This document shows positions 9,533 to 19,211 of a stretch of 24,000 bases of DNA, one piece after another. Each line of letters starts with the position of its first letter. Within the stretch, counting starts at the first letter, position 1. The notes beneath the pieces are model-generated. The model saw only the letters and a list, made by a program, of their open reading frames with translations, ran no database searches and was not told where the DNA came from. This DNA is from Acaryochloris marina S15 (GTDB taxonomy: Bacteria; Cyanobacteriota; Cyanobacteriia; Thermosynechococcales; Thermosynechococcaceae): assembly GCF_018336915.1 (NCBI RefSeq), contig NZ_CP064923.1, positions 4,656,822-4,680,821 of the forward strand, written 5' to 3'. The position numbers and the translations under genes are program-made.

Positions 9533-11037
9533 CGAATATCAAGGGTCCCATCAATTCCTTCTAGGCTCAACATATCCAGACGTTCATCTGCTTCGCCGCG
9601 CTTTTCATAAGCACCCACCTGTAAGACGGATCGGCCCTTATATCTAGATCGAAACGCATCGGGAACTAGGGTTTTGATTCTCTTGTAATCCGCTGAACTT
9701 GCAGTCTTAACGATCACCCGATAGCGAAGTCTGGAGCGCTCATCCAAGGGGGGAGGAGGTGGATTTCCAGTGCCTGAAATTGCAGCTAACTGCTGGGCAC
9801 GCCCTGCATCTCGACTGGCCGTATAAATATCCGAAGCAGGGCTATAGCGTCCCAAGGGCACATTTTCTTGAGGTACAGGGAGAACACCGCCAGAGTTAAG
9901 CGTCGATCCTGGAACCGACAAGTTAGGCAACCCTTTAGGAATGGGAGCGCTAGGAATAGGGGCAATGGCTGTGCGGCGAGGGGAAGGGACTGGAATGGGA
10001 ATAGGACTAGAAAAGAATCCCTTGGATAACGGTGATTTGGCAGCCAACTTCACTAGTTTTCGCCGTTTGCTGGCTGAAGGTTTGGAGGAGGGTCTGTATC
10101 GAGTCGATTGTGGAGCTGTTAAAGGTGGAGGAGGTGGGCTTTCACCGGCTAACTCGGGTAATTCTGGATCGGTTTCCGGGCGAGGGAGGGCGATGGCACC
10201 TGGGGTTTTGCGGGCATGGGATGGGGGAATAGAAGGAGCAGACCCCAATGGCTGTCCCCTATTAGGCACTGGGATTTCAATGGGAGATGTAATGAGATTC
10301 GTTAATTCATCCCGCTCCTGGGACCGATCTAATTTACCTTTGGCTTTTGGAGGAGCTGCGGGTGGAGTCGGTGGCTGTGGTGACTCCAAAGGGGGGAGAC
10401 TATCCACTCCATCTTCAGGTGGGGCGGGCGGGGCAGACTCTAAGGGGGGAACAGCATCAGAGGGGGCTTCAGCGATAGTATCTGCACTGGGAACTTGGTC
10501 ATGGGTGAAATAAATATGGCCGAGGGTTTTGCCGTTGTAACTCCGCTTTGAGAACCGCCAACCGGGTTCTAGCTGAATTTTCAAGAAGCCATCCGTAAGA
10601 CTTTGGGTTTCACCAATTTTCAGCTTGGGAGCACCCGGATTGCGGGAGGGATAACCCATCAGCACTAAGTTTCCATTTTGCTTCACCACGGAGAGACGAT
10701 AGTCCATGGCATAGTCTTGCCCCCCTTGGCGAATGGAATACCCATTACTATCCGTACTCCGTCCACAAATACCGGTGAAGTCAAACTGTAGGAGCAGAGG
10801 GTCAATCACCCCAGGCTGATCCACCTTTTCTTCCCAGCAGGCCTGGGTCGATGAAATTTGCTCCAGAATAATCAGGTTATACTGCTTCCCTTCTGCAAAC
10901 GGAACTGCGATCGCAATAAATTTACTTTGGTCTACTTCTTCTTGACCAAAGGTATAAGCCTGGGCTGAATGGGGAATCAACAGGCTCAGAAATAGGCTGG
11001 AGATCGCAACCGTAACCCGACTCAAATGATATTTCAT
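9529..11037 (-). CDS. DUF3747 domain-containing secreted protein with long Pro-rich linker and SPOR-like C-terminus
   Basis: Signal peptide, then [35 protein letters not shown]...[19 protein letters not shown]...[22 protein letters not shown], as recalled for cyanobacterial DUF3747 proteins. A Pro/Ser-rich region follows, then the C-terminal [20 protein letters not shown]. Confidence 0.82.
   Translation of the reverse strand: MKYHLSRVTVAISSLFLSLLIPHSAQAYTFGQEEVDQSKFIAIAVPFAEGKQYNLIILEQISSTQACWEEKVDQPGVIDPLLLQFDFTGICGRSTDSNGYSIRQGGQDYAMDYRLSVVKQNGNLVLMGYPSRNPGAPKLKIGETQSLTDGFLKIQLEPGWRFSKRSYNGKTLGHIYFTHDQVPSADTIAEAPSDAVPPLESAPPAPPEDGVDSLPPLESPQPPTPPAAPPKAKGKLDRSQERDELTNLITSPIEIPVPNRGQPLGSAPSIPPSHARKTPGAIALPRPETDPELPELAGESPPPPPLTAPQSTRYRPSSKPSASKRRKLVKLAAKSPLSKGFFSSPIPIPVPSPRRTAIAPIPSAPIPKGLPNLSVPGSTLNSGGVLPVPQENVPLGRYSPASDIYTASRDAGRAQQLAAISGTGNPPPPPLDERSRLRYRVIVKTASSADYKRIKTLVPDAFRSRYKGRSVLQVGAYEKRGEADERLDMLSLEGIDGTLDIR
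10907..10914. repeat. HIP1 palindrome GCGATCGC
   Basis: Exact match inside the DUF3747 gene. Confidence 0.95.
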
Positions 11038-11556
11038 GACTCCTATCCGCTTCCCAAAAAGTGAGTGACTTGCTACTAAAACTGGCTAATTTCTTTAGGA
11101 ATGTCCATGACAAACCTGTGAGCTGAACGTAGATTTCTTCGGCTGCAAAATCACATTCACCCCAGAATCAAAATAGCCGGTGGTGCCAAATTTTATCCTA
11201 TTTTTTACTCAAAACTAAAAGTGAAATATAAGTTAACAAATACAATTATTCTTAGGATCTAAGAGTTAAAACTTCCTGAGTATAAATAGCTATTTAAGTT
11301 CTAAAGTAGAGAACCAAAATTTAGACAAAGACGCATCGGTTACTTTGCCCAAAATGTATTATTTAACACCATCAAGTTTGATATTTCCTGCCTGAGACTC
11401 TAGGCATCAGACCAGTGGAAATACGAGATTAGATTCTAATTTTATTTTCAAAAAATAATATATCTGTACACAAATTTCTCACAGATTGCCTCAAACCGAT
11501 GACGGATTATCTAGACGCCCGTTCAATCCCGTCTCAAAAATGTCCATCCTAACCCT

Positions 11557-12033
11557 ATGAATAGAAAACGCATGGCTCAACCCATCGCCTGGGGCTATCT
11601 CTTCGGTCTACTGATGGCCTACATGGCTGTGGGGTGGGTTCTAGCAGCCTATGCAGCCCCCCTGCTGATGTGGGTTTGGACCGTGGTGCTGATGGCTTAT
11701 GTCGCCTGGGCAGATAAGGGTGCGATCTCAGGTGCAATGCTATGGGTTGTTTCCGTCGTGTGGATTGCTGCATATACCACAGCAACCCCCCTGCTTATGA
11801 ACTGGAAAGGGCCAACTTGGGCAATCTCATTAGTAGGGGTGTGGATATTCGCAATTTGGGTTGTTCTATTACTGGCGTTTGCTCAGCCAGTGATTCAGGC
11901 TTTGGGCTGGTCTCGAAAAAAGACTTTTTATCGTCTGCTGATGCTGACAGGCGCAGGATTGATCATCGGTCGTTTGCTGTACCTAGGATCAATGCCGACT
12001 CCCCCATCGATGGCCCTACTCTACATTACTTAG
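11557..12033 (+). CDS. Hypothetical integral membrane protein
   Basis: 158-aa ORF, almost entirely hydrophobic with about 5 predicted TM segments (WGYLFGLLMAYMAVGWVLAAYAAPLLMWVWTVVLMAYVAW...). Confidence 0.68.
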   Translation: MNRKRMAQPIAWGYLFGLLMAYMAVGWVLAAYAAPLLMWVWTVVLMAYVAWADKGAISGAMLWVVSVVWIAAYTTATPLLMNWKGPTWAISLVGVWIFAIWVVLLLAFAQPVIQALGWSRKKTFYRLLMLTGAGLIIGRLLYLGSMPTPPSMALLYIT

Positions 12034-12050
12034 TACAGGAGATACCTCGG

Positions 12051-12614
12051 TTGCCTCAGTCATCATTTTCAAAAGATAGAAATCACTCCAACCCGAAAGA
12101 TCAGAATTTCGTATCCTCTACCCCTACGGATTCTCTGTCACAGGCGATCTCTGGGCCTGACTGTATCAAACAAATCGATCCCACTCTTCTCTCCAATTTG
12201 AATACAGCACAAGTACTGGAAATCAAGCAATTTATCAGTCAAACCATTGCCCATGAAGTGACGCAAAAAACAGCTAATTTAAGCATCAATCATAATCAGT
12301 TAGAAAGCCAGGATTTTACCCGCAAAAAGCGCAAATCAAAACTCATTGATATTCGCTTTGTCGTTGACTTATTATTCTCGCGTTTCTACGTTGTATTAAT
12401 GGTGGGTAAAGACGTCCGCAAAGGTCAACGTCCTTACCCCAAATCCCGAGCAACTAAAGCAGGTAATATGATCGCTGCCTTTATGCTAATTGTGGCCATG
12501 AATCTACTGATTTCTGCCGTTTTGCTATTAGGTCTCTATTTACTCAAGTCTGCTCTAAATATTGACCTCATGCCTGGACATTTTTCAGATCAATTAGAAA
12601 TCTTAAAAAAATAA
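12051..12614 (+). CDS. Hypothetical protein with C-terminal transmembrane segment; likely true start is a TTG with an SD
   Basis: The ORF track gives 11742..12614, but its first part overlaps the membrane protein ORF 11557..12033 out of frame. AGGAG at 12037-12041 lies 9 nt before TTG 12051. The product ends with a hydrophobic helix (AGNMIAAFMLIVAMNLLISAVLLLGLYLLKSAL). Confidence 0.55.
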   Translation: MPQSSFSKDRNHSNPKDQNFVSSTPTDSLSQAISGPDCIKQIDPTLLSNLNTAQVLEIKQFISQTIAHEVTQKTANLSINHNQLESQDFTRKKRKSKLIDIRFVVDLLFSRFYVVLMVGKDVRKGQRPYPKSRATKAGNMIAAFMLIVAMNLLISAVLLLGLYLLKSALNIDLMPGHFSDQLEILKK

Positions 12615-12708
12615 AGATATAAACTCTCTTCCACTTCATTGTGGCGCTTGTTTTAGCTCAGCTCCTTGATAGGATAGAAAAGATTTATTCTTAATGTTTT
12701 TTCTAACG

Positions 12709-13743
12709 ATGAATACAACCTCGACCCTTTATCGCATCTTGGATGCCAATCTCGATCGCGCACGAGAAGGGTTGCGGGTAATTGAAGAATGGTGTCGATT
12801 TGGTCTAGAAAATTCCCAACTGAGCGCTCAGTGCAAACAGCTCCGTCAGGACTTGGCTAGCTGGCATCACCCCCCCTTGCGGATGGCCCGAGATACCCCC
12901 AATGATCCAGGCACACAGCTTACCCACCCCCAAGAGGCAGCCCGCACTGACTTACCAACGGTTGTGCAAGCCAACCTTTGCCGGGTGCAAGAAGCCCTGC
13001 GAGTGCTGGAAGAATATAGCAAGCTTTACGATACCAACATGGCCGCAGCCTGTAAGCAGATGCGCTATCAGGTGTATACCCTAGACACTCAACTGCAACC
13101 TCGCCATCGATTGCAACAGTTACTCGATGCCCCCCTTTATTTAGTCACTTCCCCCAACAAACAGCTAGTCCCTGTCGTCGAAGCGGCATTGCAGGGAGGA
13201 TTAAAGCTGGTTCAATACCGAGAGAAACAAGCAGATGACGAGCAACGTTTGGCCATTGCCCAGACCTTATGCCAGCTATGCCATCAATATAATGCTCTGT
13301 TTATTGTTAATGATCGGATTGATATTGCTGTGGCCGTGGATGCCGATGGAGTCCACTTGGGGCAGCAGGACATGACCATGGCGGTAGCTCGTCAAATGCT
13401 CGGGCCAGATAAGTTAGTGGGGCGCTCCACGACTAACCCTCAAGAAATGGATCGGGCCATCCAAGAGCAAGCAGACTATATTGGCGTCGGGCCTATTTAT
13501 GCAACCCCCACTAAAGCAGACAAAGCGGCCGTCGGCCATGAGTACATCCACTATGCCAATCAACATGCGCCCATGCCCTATTACGCTATCGGCGGCATTG
13601 ATGAGACCAACCTAGAAGAAGTCTTGACCGCAGGTGCCCAACGAGTGGCCGTGGTGAGGGCGATTATGAATGCCCCTTCTCCGACCCAGGCTGTCCAACA
13701 GATGTTAAAACAGTTTTCGAAAACACCCACTCCCACCCCGTAG
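12709..13743 (+). CDS. thiE: Thiamine-phosphate synthase with N-terminal cyanobacterial extension domain
   Basis: C-terminal half has YLVTSPNKQLVPVVEAALQGGLKLVQYREK, LFIVNDRIDIAVAVDADGVHLGQQDM, GRSTTNPQEMDRAIQEQADYIGVGPIYATPTKADK and YYAIGGIDETN. N-terminal helical domain is MNTTSTLYRILDANLDRAREGLRVIEEW. ORF 12694..13743. Confidence 0.93.
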   Translation: MNTTSTLYRILDANLDRAREGLRVIEEWCRFGLENSQLSAQCKQLRQDLASWHHPPLRMARDTPNDPGTQLTHPQEAARTDLPTVVQANLCRVQEALRVLEEYSKLYDTNMAAACKQMRYQVYTLDTQLQPRHRLQQLLDAPLYLVTSPNKQLVPVVEAALQGGLKLVQYREKQADDEQRLAIAQTLCQLCHQYNALFIVNDRIDIAVAVDADGVHLGQQDMTMAVARQMLGPDKLVGRSTTNPQEMDRAIQEQADYIGVGPIYATPTKADKAAVGHEYIHYANQHAPMPYYAIGGIDETNLEEVLTAGAQRVAVVRAIMNAPSPTQAVQQMLKQFSKTPTPTP

Positions 13744-13885
13744 ACACAGCCTGAATATAGCCAACTTTGACCAAACCTATTCTTCAGCTCCCCCATCAAG
13801 ATTCAGGGTTGAGTTTTGATCTTGAACTTAATATATAGATAGAGACTTCACCCTATCGGATCGCTTTTGTGAATGATTCCTCTAA

Positions 13886-14095
13886 ATGAAAATGATTAAT
13901 ATCCAAGTCAATGGAGAACGACAAACCTGTTCACCCAGCATGGTATTGCCAGAATTTCTGGTACAGTTAAACCTCAATCCTCGCCTCGTGGCGGTAGAAT
14001 ACAATGGCGAAATTCTGCATCGACAGTTTTGGGAAACAACCCGCTTGCAGATGGGAGATCGTCTAGAAATCGTGACGATTGTGGGGGGCGGCTAA
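13886..14095 (+). CDS. thiS: Sulfur carrier protein ThiS
   Basis: 69 aa: INIQVNGERQTC...SMVLPEFLVQLNLNPRLVAVEYNGEILHRQFWETTRLQMGDRLEIVTIVGGG, with a beta-grasp pattern and a Gly-Gly-type C-terminus downstream of thiE. Confidence 0.93.
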   Translation: MKMINIQVNGERQTCSPSMVLPEFLVQLNLNPRLVAVEYNGEILHRQFWETTRLQMGDRLEIVTIVGGG

Positions 14096-14281
14096 ACCAC
14101 CCGAATCTCAACACGATTTCGAGCAACGACTCTAAGTTCGAAAGTTGTCTTGGGGCATTTCTAAACCAGCTTAGGCCTGGGTTGCGAATTTGTATCAGAA
14201 ATATTGGTCATTTGTCAATGCTTTACCCCAGCAATGTTGTTAAAATAAGTAACAGAGTTTAACAAAGGCAATCATCAGGTT

Positions 14282-15445
14282 ATGGGCCGTGTCGGTGTTC
14301 TATTACTGAATCTAGGGGGACCAGAGCAGCTAAAGGATGTACGTCCTTTTTTGTATAACCTGTTTGCTGATCCAGAAATTTTACGGCTGCCATTTGCTTG
14401 GATGCAAAAGCCTTTTGCCGGGTTTATTTCCACCCTGCGGGCCCGGACGTCTCGGGACAACTATCGGCAAATCGGTGGTGGTTCCCCATTACGACGAATC
14501 ACAGAAGCCCAAGCCCACGCGCTCCAAGATGACTTGCAGGCTAAGGGATGTGATGCTCAGGTTTATATCGGCATGCGTTACTGGCATCCTTTTACCGAAG
14601 AGGCTGTTGCCCGTATCAAACGAGATGGGATTGAAGAGCTGGTCATTCTGCCGCTCTATCCTCAGTTTTCGATCAGTACTAGCGGTTCGAGTATCCGGTT
14701 ATTGGAGAAGATCTGGTCTGAAGACCCAGAATTACAGAAGATTAAGTACACTGTCATCTCTTCGTGGCATGATCGCCCTGGCTATGTGCAGGTCATGGCT
14801 GACTTTTTGCGCCAAGAGCTGGATCAGTTTGCCAATCCTGAGCAAACCACTGTATTTTTTAGTGCCCATGGTGTCCCCCTCAGCTATGTAACTGAATCGG
14901 GTGATCCCTACCAGCAAGAGATTGAGGCCAGTACTCAGCTGATTATGGAGGCGTTAGAACGCCCCAACCCCCATATTTTGGCTTATCAAAGTCGAGTGGG
15001 GCCGATGGAGTGGTTACGCCCCTACACCACAAATGTGATTGCGCATTTGGGTCAGCAGGGGGTTAAAGATTTAGTGGTGGTGCCTATTAGCTTTATCTCA
15101 GAGCATATCGAAACGCTCCAAGAGATCGATATGGAATACCGGCATTTAGCGCTCGAATCAGGCATTGAAAATTTTCGCCGGATGCCAGCCGTCAATATAC
15201 ATCCAGACTTTATCGATACCCTCAGTGAGATGGTGCTGGAATATCTAGACAAGCCCTCTTTAAGATTCTCTCAAGTCTTCCGACCTCAGAAAAAAATTAA
15301 GCTGTATCCCCAAGAGCGTTGGGAATGGGGGATGACGACCACGGCTGAACGCTGGAATGGTCGCTTCGCGATGGTCGGCTTTATTGCCCTACTGGTTGAA
15401 CTGATCAGTGGCTATGGTCCCCTGCATTTAGCGGGGCTACTCTAG
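14282..15445 (+). CDS. hemH: Ferrochelatase with C-terminal chlorophyll a/b-binding-like (HLIP/CAB) helix
   Basis: Starts [33 protein letters not shown]; [17 protein letters not shown]; [13 protein letters not shown]; [25 protein letters not shown]. The C-terminal [22 protein letters not shown] matches the HLIP/CAB motif. Confidence 0.97.
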   Translation: MGRVGVLLLNLGGPEQLKDVRPFLYNLFADPEILRLPFAWMQKPFAGFISTLRARTSRDNYRQIGGGSPLRRITEAQAHALQDDLQAKGCDAQVYIGMRYWHPFTEEAVARIKRDGIEELVILPLYPQFSISTSGSSIRLLEKIWSEDPELQKIKYTVISSWHDRPGYVQVMADFLRQELDQFANPEQTTVFFSAHGVPLSYVTESGDPYQQEIEASTQLIMEALERPNPHILAYQSRVGPMEWLRPYTTNVIAHLGQQGVKDLVVVPISFISEHIETLQEIDMEYRHLALESGIENFRRMPAVNIHPDFIDTLSEMVLEYLDKPSLRFSQVFRPQKKIKLYPQERWEWGMTTTAERWNGRFAMVGFIALLVELISGYGPLHLAGLL

Positions 15446-17274
15446 CTTTGCTTTTTAGACAGTTCGGCTTTCCATAATTTGTGCCAGTGATTGCGCACAG
15501 CACGATTGGCATCGTACATGGTCGAGTATCGTGATTGGATATTAAATTGGCACATCTGGGCAAAAATCTGAATTGTTGCCTGATGGAGTTCGACCATTTC
15601 TGGATCGGTCTCTGAGGCTGATGGTTGCAAAGCTTGTAAAAAGGTTTTGCCAATCACATATTGGTCTGTTTCAGGTTTAAAGGTCCCGTAGCTGATTTCT
15701 GGGGCTAAGACATCCCCTTGATCCTGAAGCAATTTTTGATATTGCGGAAATTGAACACTCAGCTTACTGAGAATACGGGGGACAACACCATAGTCAATCA
15801 GGACTAATTTTTTACCTTTTTCATTGGGCTGCAAGAAGCAATCAGGATGAGGATGACTATGCACCAAATCGGCCTGATGCAGGATTTCAATAATCGTTAA
15901 GACCTCATCCGCAAATTTGCAGGTCATGCGGGGATTTAAGGGAGCATGAGATACCAATACTTTGCTTAGCATTGTCCCTTCGATATGTTCATGAACGATA
16001 TGAAGGACTTCACTATCTTGTAAGAAGCTGAGTACCGGGAGACATTGCAGATGGGGAGCCAGCTGTTTCAAAGTCGCCATTTCGGCTAAAAACAGCTCTT
16101 GCACAGCCTGTAAAACTTCTGGGCTATTGGTGTCTAACCGAAAGGTATGAACAATTCGTAGGGGGGTATCCAGCTCTTGTAGATCTTGGGCGATGGCAGT
16201 TTGTCCGAAGGCATGCTTACTGATGACTTCAACCAACCGAAAGTGCTCATCCCAAAATGAGGGCTGAGGTGCTGCTGCGACGGTAGATTCCAACAACTGC
16301 TGTCGGGCAACTGCCGAAGCATCACGGGTTTTGAGATGACTTTGAATACGAGCCAAAGCAATAGGTAAATCAATCGGCTTCGTGATGTAATCGTTAGCTC
16401 CTAATTCTAGGGCTTCGACCACATTTTCACTGGCATCCTTGGCGGTCGCCATAATCACCGGTAGCTCTTCTTGGGAATAGGTCTGCCGAATGCGCTTCAG
16501 GGTTTCGATCCCGCCAATACCTGGCATCATAATATCCAGCAATACCAGGGTAATCTCGGTGGTGGCAATGAGTTCCAATGCGGCTTCACCACTATCTGCT
16601 AGGGCAACTTCATAGCCCTTCCGCTGTAAACGCCGACTCAACATATCCCGGTTAGCCTCGACATCATCTACGACTAAGAGTTTATGAGTCGTGGGCTCAG
16701 AAACAGGCTTTGGGGGAGGAGAGGAAGGTAGGGATGACGGAGTACTCGCAACGAGGGGAGTCCCCTCACGTCCTTCTTGATGCACCTCGGATGGAGATGT
16801 TCTAGCCGCAGCGGTGACTAACTGTTCTGAGGGTGGAGCAGCGGGGGTCACTACAGCTGCGGGTGTCGCCTGTGCCACAGATTCGACTGGGCGTGGGGAT
16901 TGTTCTGGAGTCCCTTGCAATAAGGTTTCAATTTTCTGCAGCAACCGTTTGAGATCAACGGGCTTAGTATCGTAATCATCACACCCTGCCGATAAGGCTT
17001 CTTCTCGATCACCTACCATGGCATGGGCTGTGAGGGCAATAATCGGAATAGCGGCTGTTTGTTCCCCGGCTTTGAGAGTCCTAGTCGCTTCCCAGCCATT
17101 CATCACTGGCAAACTCATATCCATCAGAATGAGATCGGGCTGCTCTGTGAGAGCCTTCGTGACGCCTTCGCCCCCATCAACTGCAATCACAACATCATAG
17201 CCCCGACGCTTTAATCGGCGTCCGAGCATATCGCGATTAAGTTCATTATCTTCAACTAATAGAATTTTCGGCAT
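15442..17274 (-). CDS. Tandem receiver-domain protein (REC-REC) with C-terminal degenerate Ser/Thr kinase-like domain
   Basis: REC1 [17 protein letters not shown]...[13 protein letters not shown]...LTAHA...TKPVD. REC2 [15 protein letters not shown]...[10 protein letters not shown]...ITKPID. The C-terminal part (about residues 340-600) keeps kinase-fold landmarks ([47 protein letters not shown]) but lacks canonical HRD and VAIK residues. Confidence 0.88.
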   Translation of the reverse strand: MPKILLVEDNELNRDMLGRRLKRRGYDVVIAVDGGEGVTKALTEQPDLILMDMSLPVMNGWEATRTLKAGEQTAAIPIIALTAHAMVGDREEALSAGCDDYDTKPVDLKRLLQKIETLLQGTPEQSPRPVESVAQATPAAVVTPAAPPSEQLVTAAARTSPSEVHQEGREGTPLVASTPSSLPSSPPPKPVSEPTTHKLLVVDDVEANRDMLSRRLQRKGYEVALADSGEAALELIATTEITLVLLDIMMPGIGGIETLKRIRQTYSQEELPVIMATAKDASENVVEALELGANDYITKPIDLPIALARIQSHLKTRDASAVARQQLLESTVAAAPQPSFWDEHFRLVEVISKHAFGQTAIAQDLQELDTPLRIVHTFRLDTNSPEVLQAVQELFLAEMATLKQLAPHLQCLPVLSFLQDSEVLHIVHEHIEGTMLSKVLVSHAPLNPRMTCKFADEVLTIIEILHQADLVHSHPHPDCFLQPNEKGKKLVLIDYGVVPRILSKLSVQFPQYQKLLQDQGDVLAPEISYGTFKPETDQYVIGKTFLQALQPSASETDPEMVELHQATIQIFAQMCQFNIQSRYSTMYDANRAVRNHWHKLWKAELSKKQS

Positions 17275-17320
17275 GAATGATGACCTCTCTAATCCCTGAG
17301 GTGTGTACGTATTGGCTCGA

Positions 17321-17773
17321 TTAACTGGCCTTAGGCTTAACTAAAATGGCATCACCCTCTACTTTGACGTCATAGCTTTCTAGAGGATCAGAGGCAGGCC
17401 CTTTAACGACCGCTCCATCCGGTTTATAAGTGGAACCATGACAAGCACAAAAAATATCTTGTGAGTCTTGCTTCCAATCTACGGGGCAACCCTGATGGGT
17501 ACAAGTCGGATTGAGAGCATGGAGGGTGTCTGAGCTTTTTGAATCTCGGACAACTAGTACTTTTTGGTTCCCTTTCAAGGTCTGCAGAATGCGACCATTT
17601 TGATCTAAGTCTTGGGTCTGACCCACCTTGATAAACCCATCAGGGGTCGTTTCAGTTTTAGGAGCTGGGGTTGGGGAGGTTGAAGACTGTTGCGTACAGG
17701 CGCCAATCACAACGGAGACGACTCCTGAAATCCAACTTAAGGTCAACCATGACAGAACTTTTCGGCGGTTCAT
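17321..17773 (-). CDS. Rieske [2Fe-2S] domain lipoprotein
   Basis: N-terminal RR motif and hydrophobic segment with lipobox-like VIGAC, then Rieske motifs CTHQGC (CxHxxC) and CACHGSTY (CxxHGS-type). Confidence 0.92.
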   Translation of the reverse strand: MNRRKVLSWLTLSWISGVVSVVIGACTQQSSTSPTPAPKTETTPDGFIKVGQTQDLDQNGRILQTLKGNQKVLVVRDSKSSDTLHALNPTCTHQGCPVDWKQDSQDIFCACHGSTYKPDGAVVKGPASDPLESYDVKVEGDAILVKPKAS

Positions 17774-18191
17774 ACTGAAATCTTAAGGAACGAGATCCAC
17801 AATAGTTTACTAGCTGATGGAAGATTCCCCAGAAAAACATGAGGGAATAAGTGCATGCAGACTAGAACTAGCTTGCCCAGAATAAGGTTATAAACTGAAC
17901 TACAAAAACATTTGTTTGACGACAAAAAAAGGCTAAGAATAGACCTTAAGCACTGATATACATAGGATGGATGGGGGTATTGAGCTTATTTCAAGGAATT
18001 AGCTTTTCTCTCATGAATTCCTGTTATTACGATATTTTTGTTTACAAATATATTGTTGAGAGAGACCCAGATTTGGGCAAACTAAGGATTGAAGGCAGAG
18101 TGCAACCATTGTTCTCGATAGTCTTCTTTAATACTCATGTAAAAAATGCATCGATGGTCAGACAAATGCTATCTCCAGGAGGGTCTTGGGC

Positions 18192-19211
18192 GTGAACAGA
18201 CTGTTAAAAAAACGCCATCTAGTCTTGATTGTTTTGTTCGCGGTGGCATCGCTACTGTCATTACAATTGGCACGGATGACTGAGCAACCTGTGATTGCCA
18301 AACTGGGGCCACCCGTTACGGCTGCTGGTGATGAGCCAATTGAACCGATCCCGATGCAGGTTTCCTTAAATATGGAAAAAGTGGTTTTGGGTAAGCAGCT
18401 GTTCCATGATCCGAAACTTTCTAAGACGAACAATATTTCTTGTGCCAGCTGCCATGACTTATCGATGGGTGGCACCGATCGCCTACCGGTCTCCATCGGT
18501 ATTAACGGTGAAAAGGGGACGATTAATTCCCCCACGGTCTTCAATAACAGCTTTCACTTTAAGCAATTTTGGGATGGCCGAGCCTCAAGCTTGGAAGAGC
18601 AAATCGAGGGGCCTGTCCATGCGGGCAATGAGATGGGATCGAGTTGGCCTGAGATTATTGGCAAGCTGAAGCAGTCGCCTGAATATGTGAATGCTTTTAA
18701 CGAGCTCTATGACAGCGATATTTCTGCTGACCATATCAAGGATGCGATCGCAACTTTCGAACGCTCCCTCTACACCCCCAACTCTAAATTTGACCAATTC
18801 CTTCGGGGCAATGCTGACGCCTTAAGCAAAGACGAGAAAGAAGGCTATCGACGCTTTAAAGGCTATGGCTGTGTCGCCTGTCACCAGGGCGTGCTGCTCG
18901 GCGGCAATATGTATCAGAAATTTGGGGTTTTTGGTGACTACATCAAAGATCGCGGGGACGAAACCAAAGCGGATCTGGGACGCTACAACGTCACCGGCAA
19001 AGAAGACGACCGCTACATGTTTAAGGTACCAAGCTTAAGAAATATCGCCTTAACGGCTCCCTATTTTCATGATGGGTCCTCTAAAACCCTAGATGAAGCC
19101 GTCAAAATCATGGTCAAATATCAACTCGGTCGCGAGGCAGATCAAGAAGACGTTGACCTAATTATCAAGTTCTTAAATACCTTAAACGGTGAAATTAAAG
19201 AGGTCGCCTAA
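18192..19211 (+). CDS. Di-heme cytochrome c peroxidase / MauG-family protein
   Basis: Two CxxCH heme motifs (CASCHDLSMGG and CVACHQG); FWDGRASSLEEQIEGPVHAGNEM, VPSLRNIALTAPYFHDGSSKTLDEAV. ORF track start is TTG 18186, but AGGAGG at 18177-18182 is better spaced (9 nt) to GTG 18192. Confidence 0.94.
   Translation: MNRLLKKRHLVLIVLFAVASLLSLQLARMTEQPVIAKLGPPVTAAGDEPIEPIPMQVSLNMEKVVLGKQLFHDPKLSKTNNISCASCHDLSMGGTDRLPVSIGINGEKGTINSPTVFNNSFHFKQFWDGRASSLEEQIEGPVHAGNEMGSSWPEIIGKLKQSPEYVNAFNELYDSDISADHIKDAIATFERSLYTPNSKFDQFLRGNADALSKDEKEGYRRFKGYGCVACHQGVLLGGNMYQKFGVFGDYIKDRGDETKADLGRYNVTGKEDDRYMFKVPSLRNIALTAPYFHDGSSKTLDEAVKIMVKYQLGREADQEDVDLIIKFLNTLNGEIKEVA
18744..18751. repeat. HIP1 palindrome GCGATCGC
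   Basis: Exact match inside the di-heme peroxidase gene. Confidence 0.95.

Noticed and set aside
9941-10513. 190-aa plus-strand ORF, Gly-rich
   Set aside because: It is the antisense of the Pro-rich linker of the DUF3747 protein; the Gly-rich translation is the expected mirror of Pro codons.
11520-11545. GTTCAATCC resembling a tRNA T-loop
   Set aside because: The flanking bases do not form a T-stem, and no acceptor, D or anticodon arms could be found around it.
11038-11556. 519-bp AT-rich intergenic interval considered as a mobile-element remnant or ncRNA
   Set aside because: No terminal inverted repeats, transposase fragment or clear hairpin-terminator pair seen; left unassigned.
12615-12708. 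Possible TPP riboswitch upstream of thiE
   Set aside because: The short AT-rich leader has no recognisable CUGAGA-type conserved core or paired TPP-aptamer arms.
14337-14891. 184-aa plus-strand ORF inside hemH
   Set aside because: Out-of-frame overlap with a clearly real ferrochelatase gene; no recognisable motifs.
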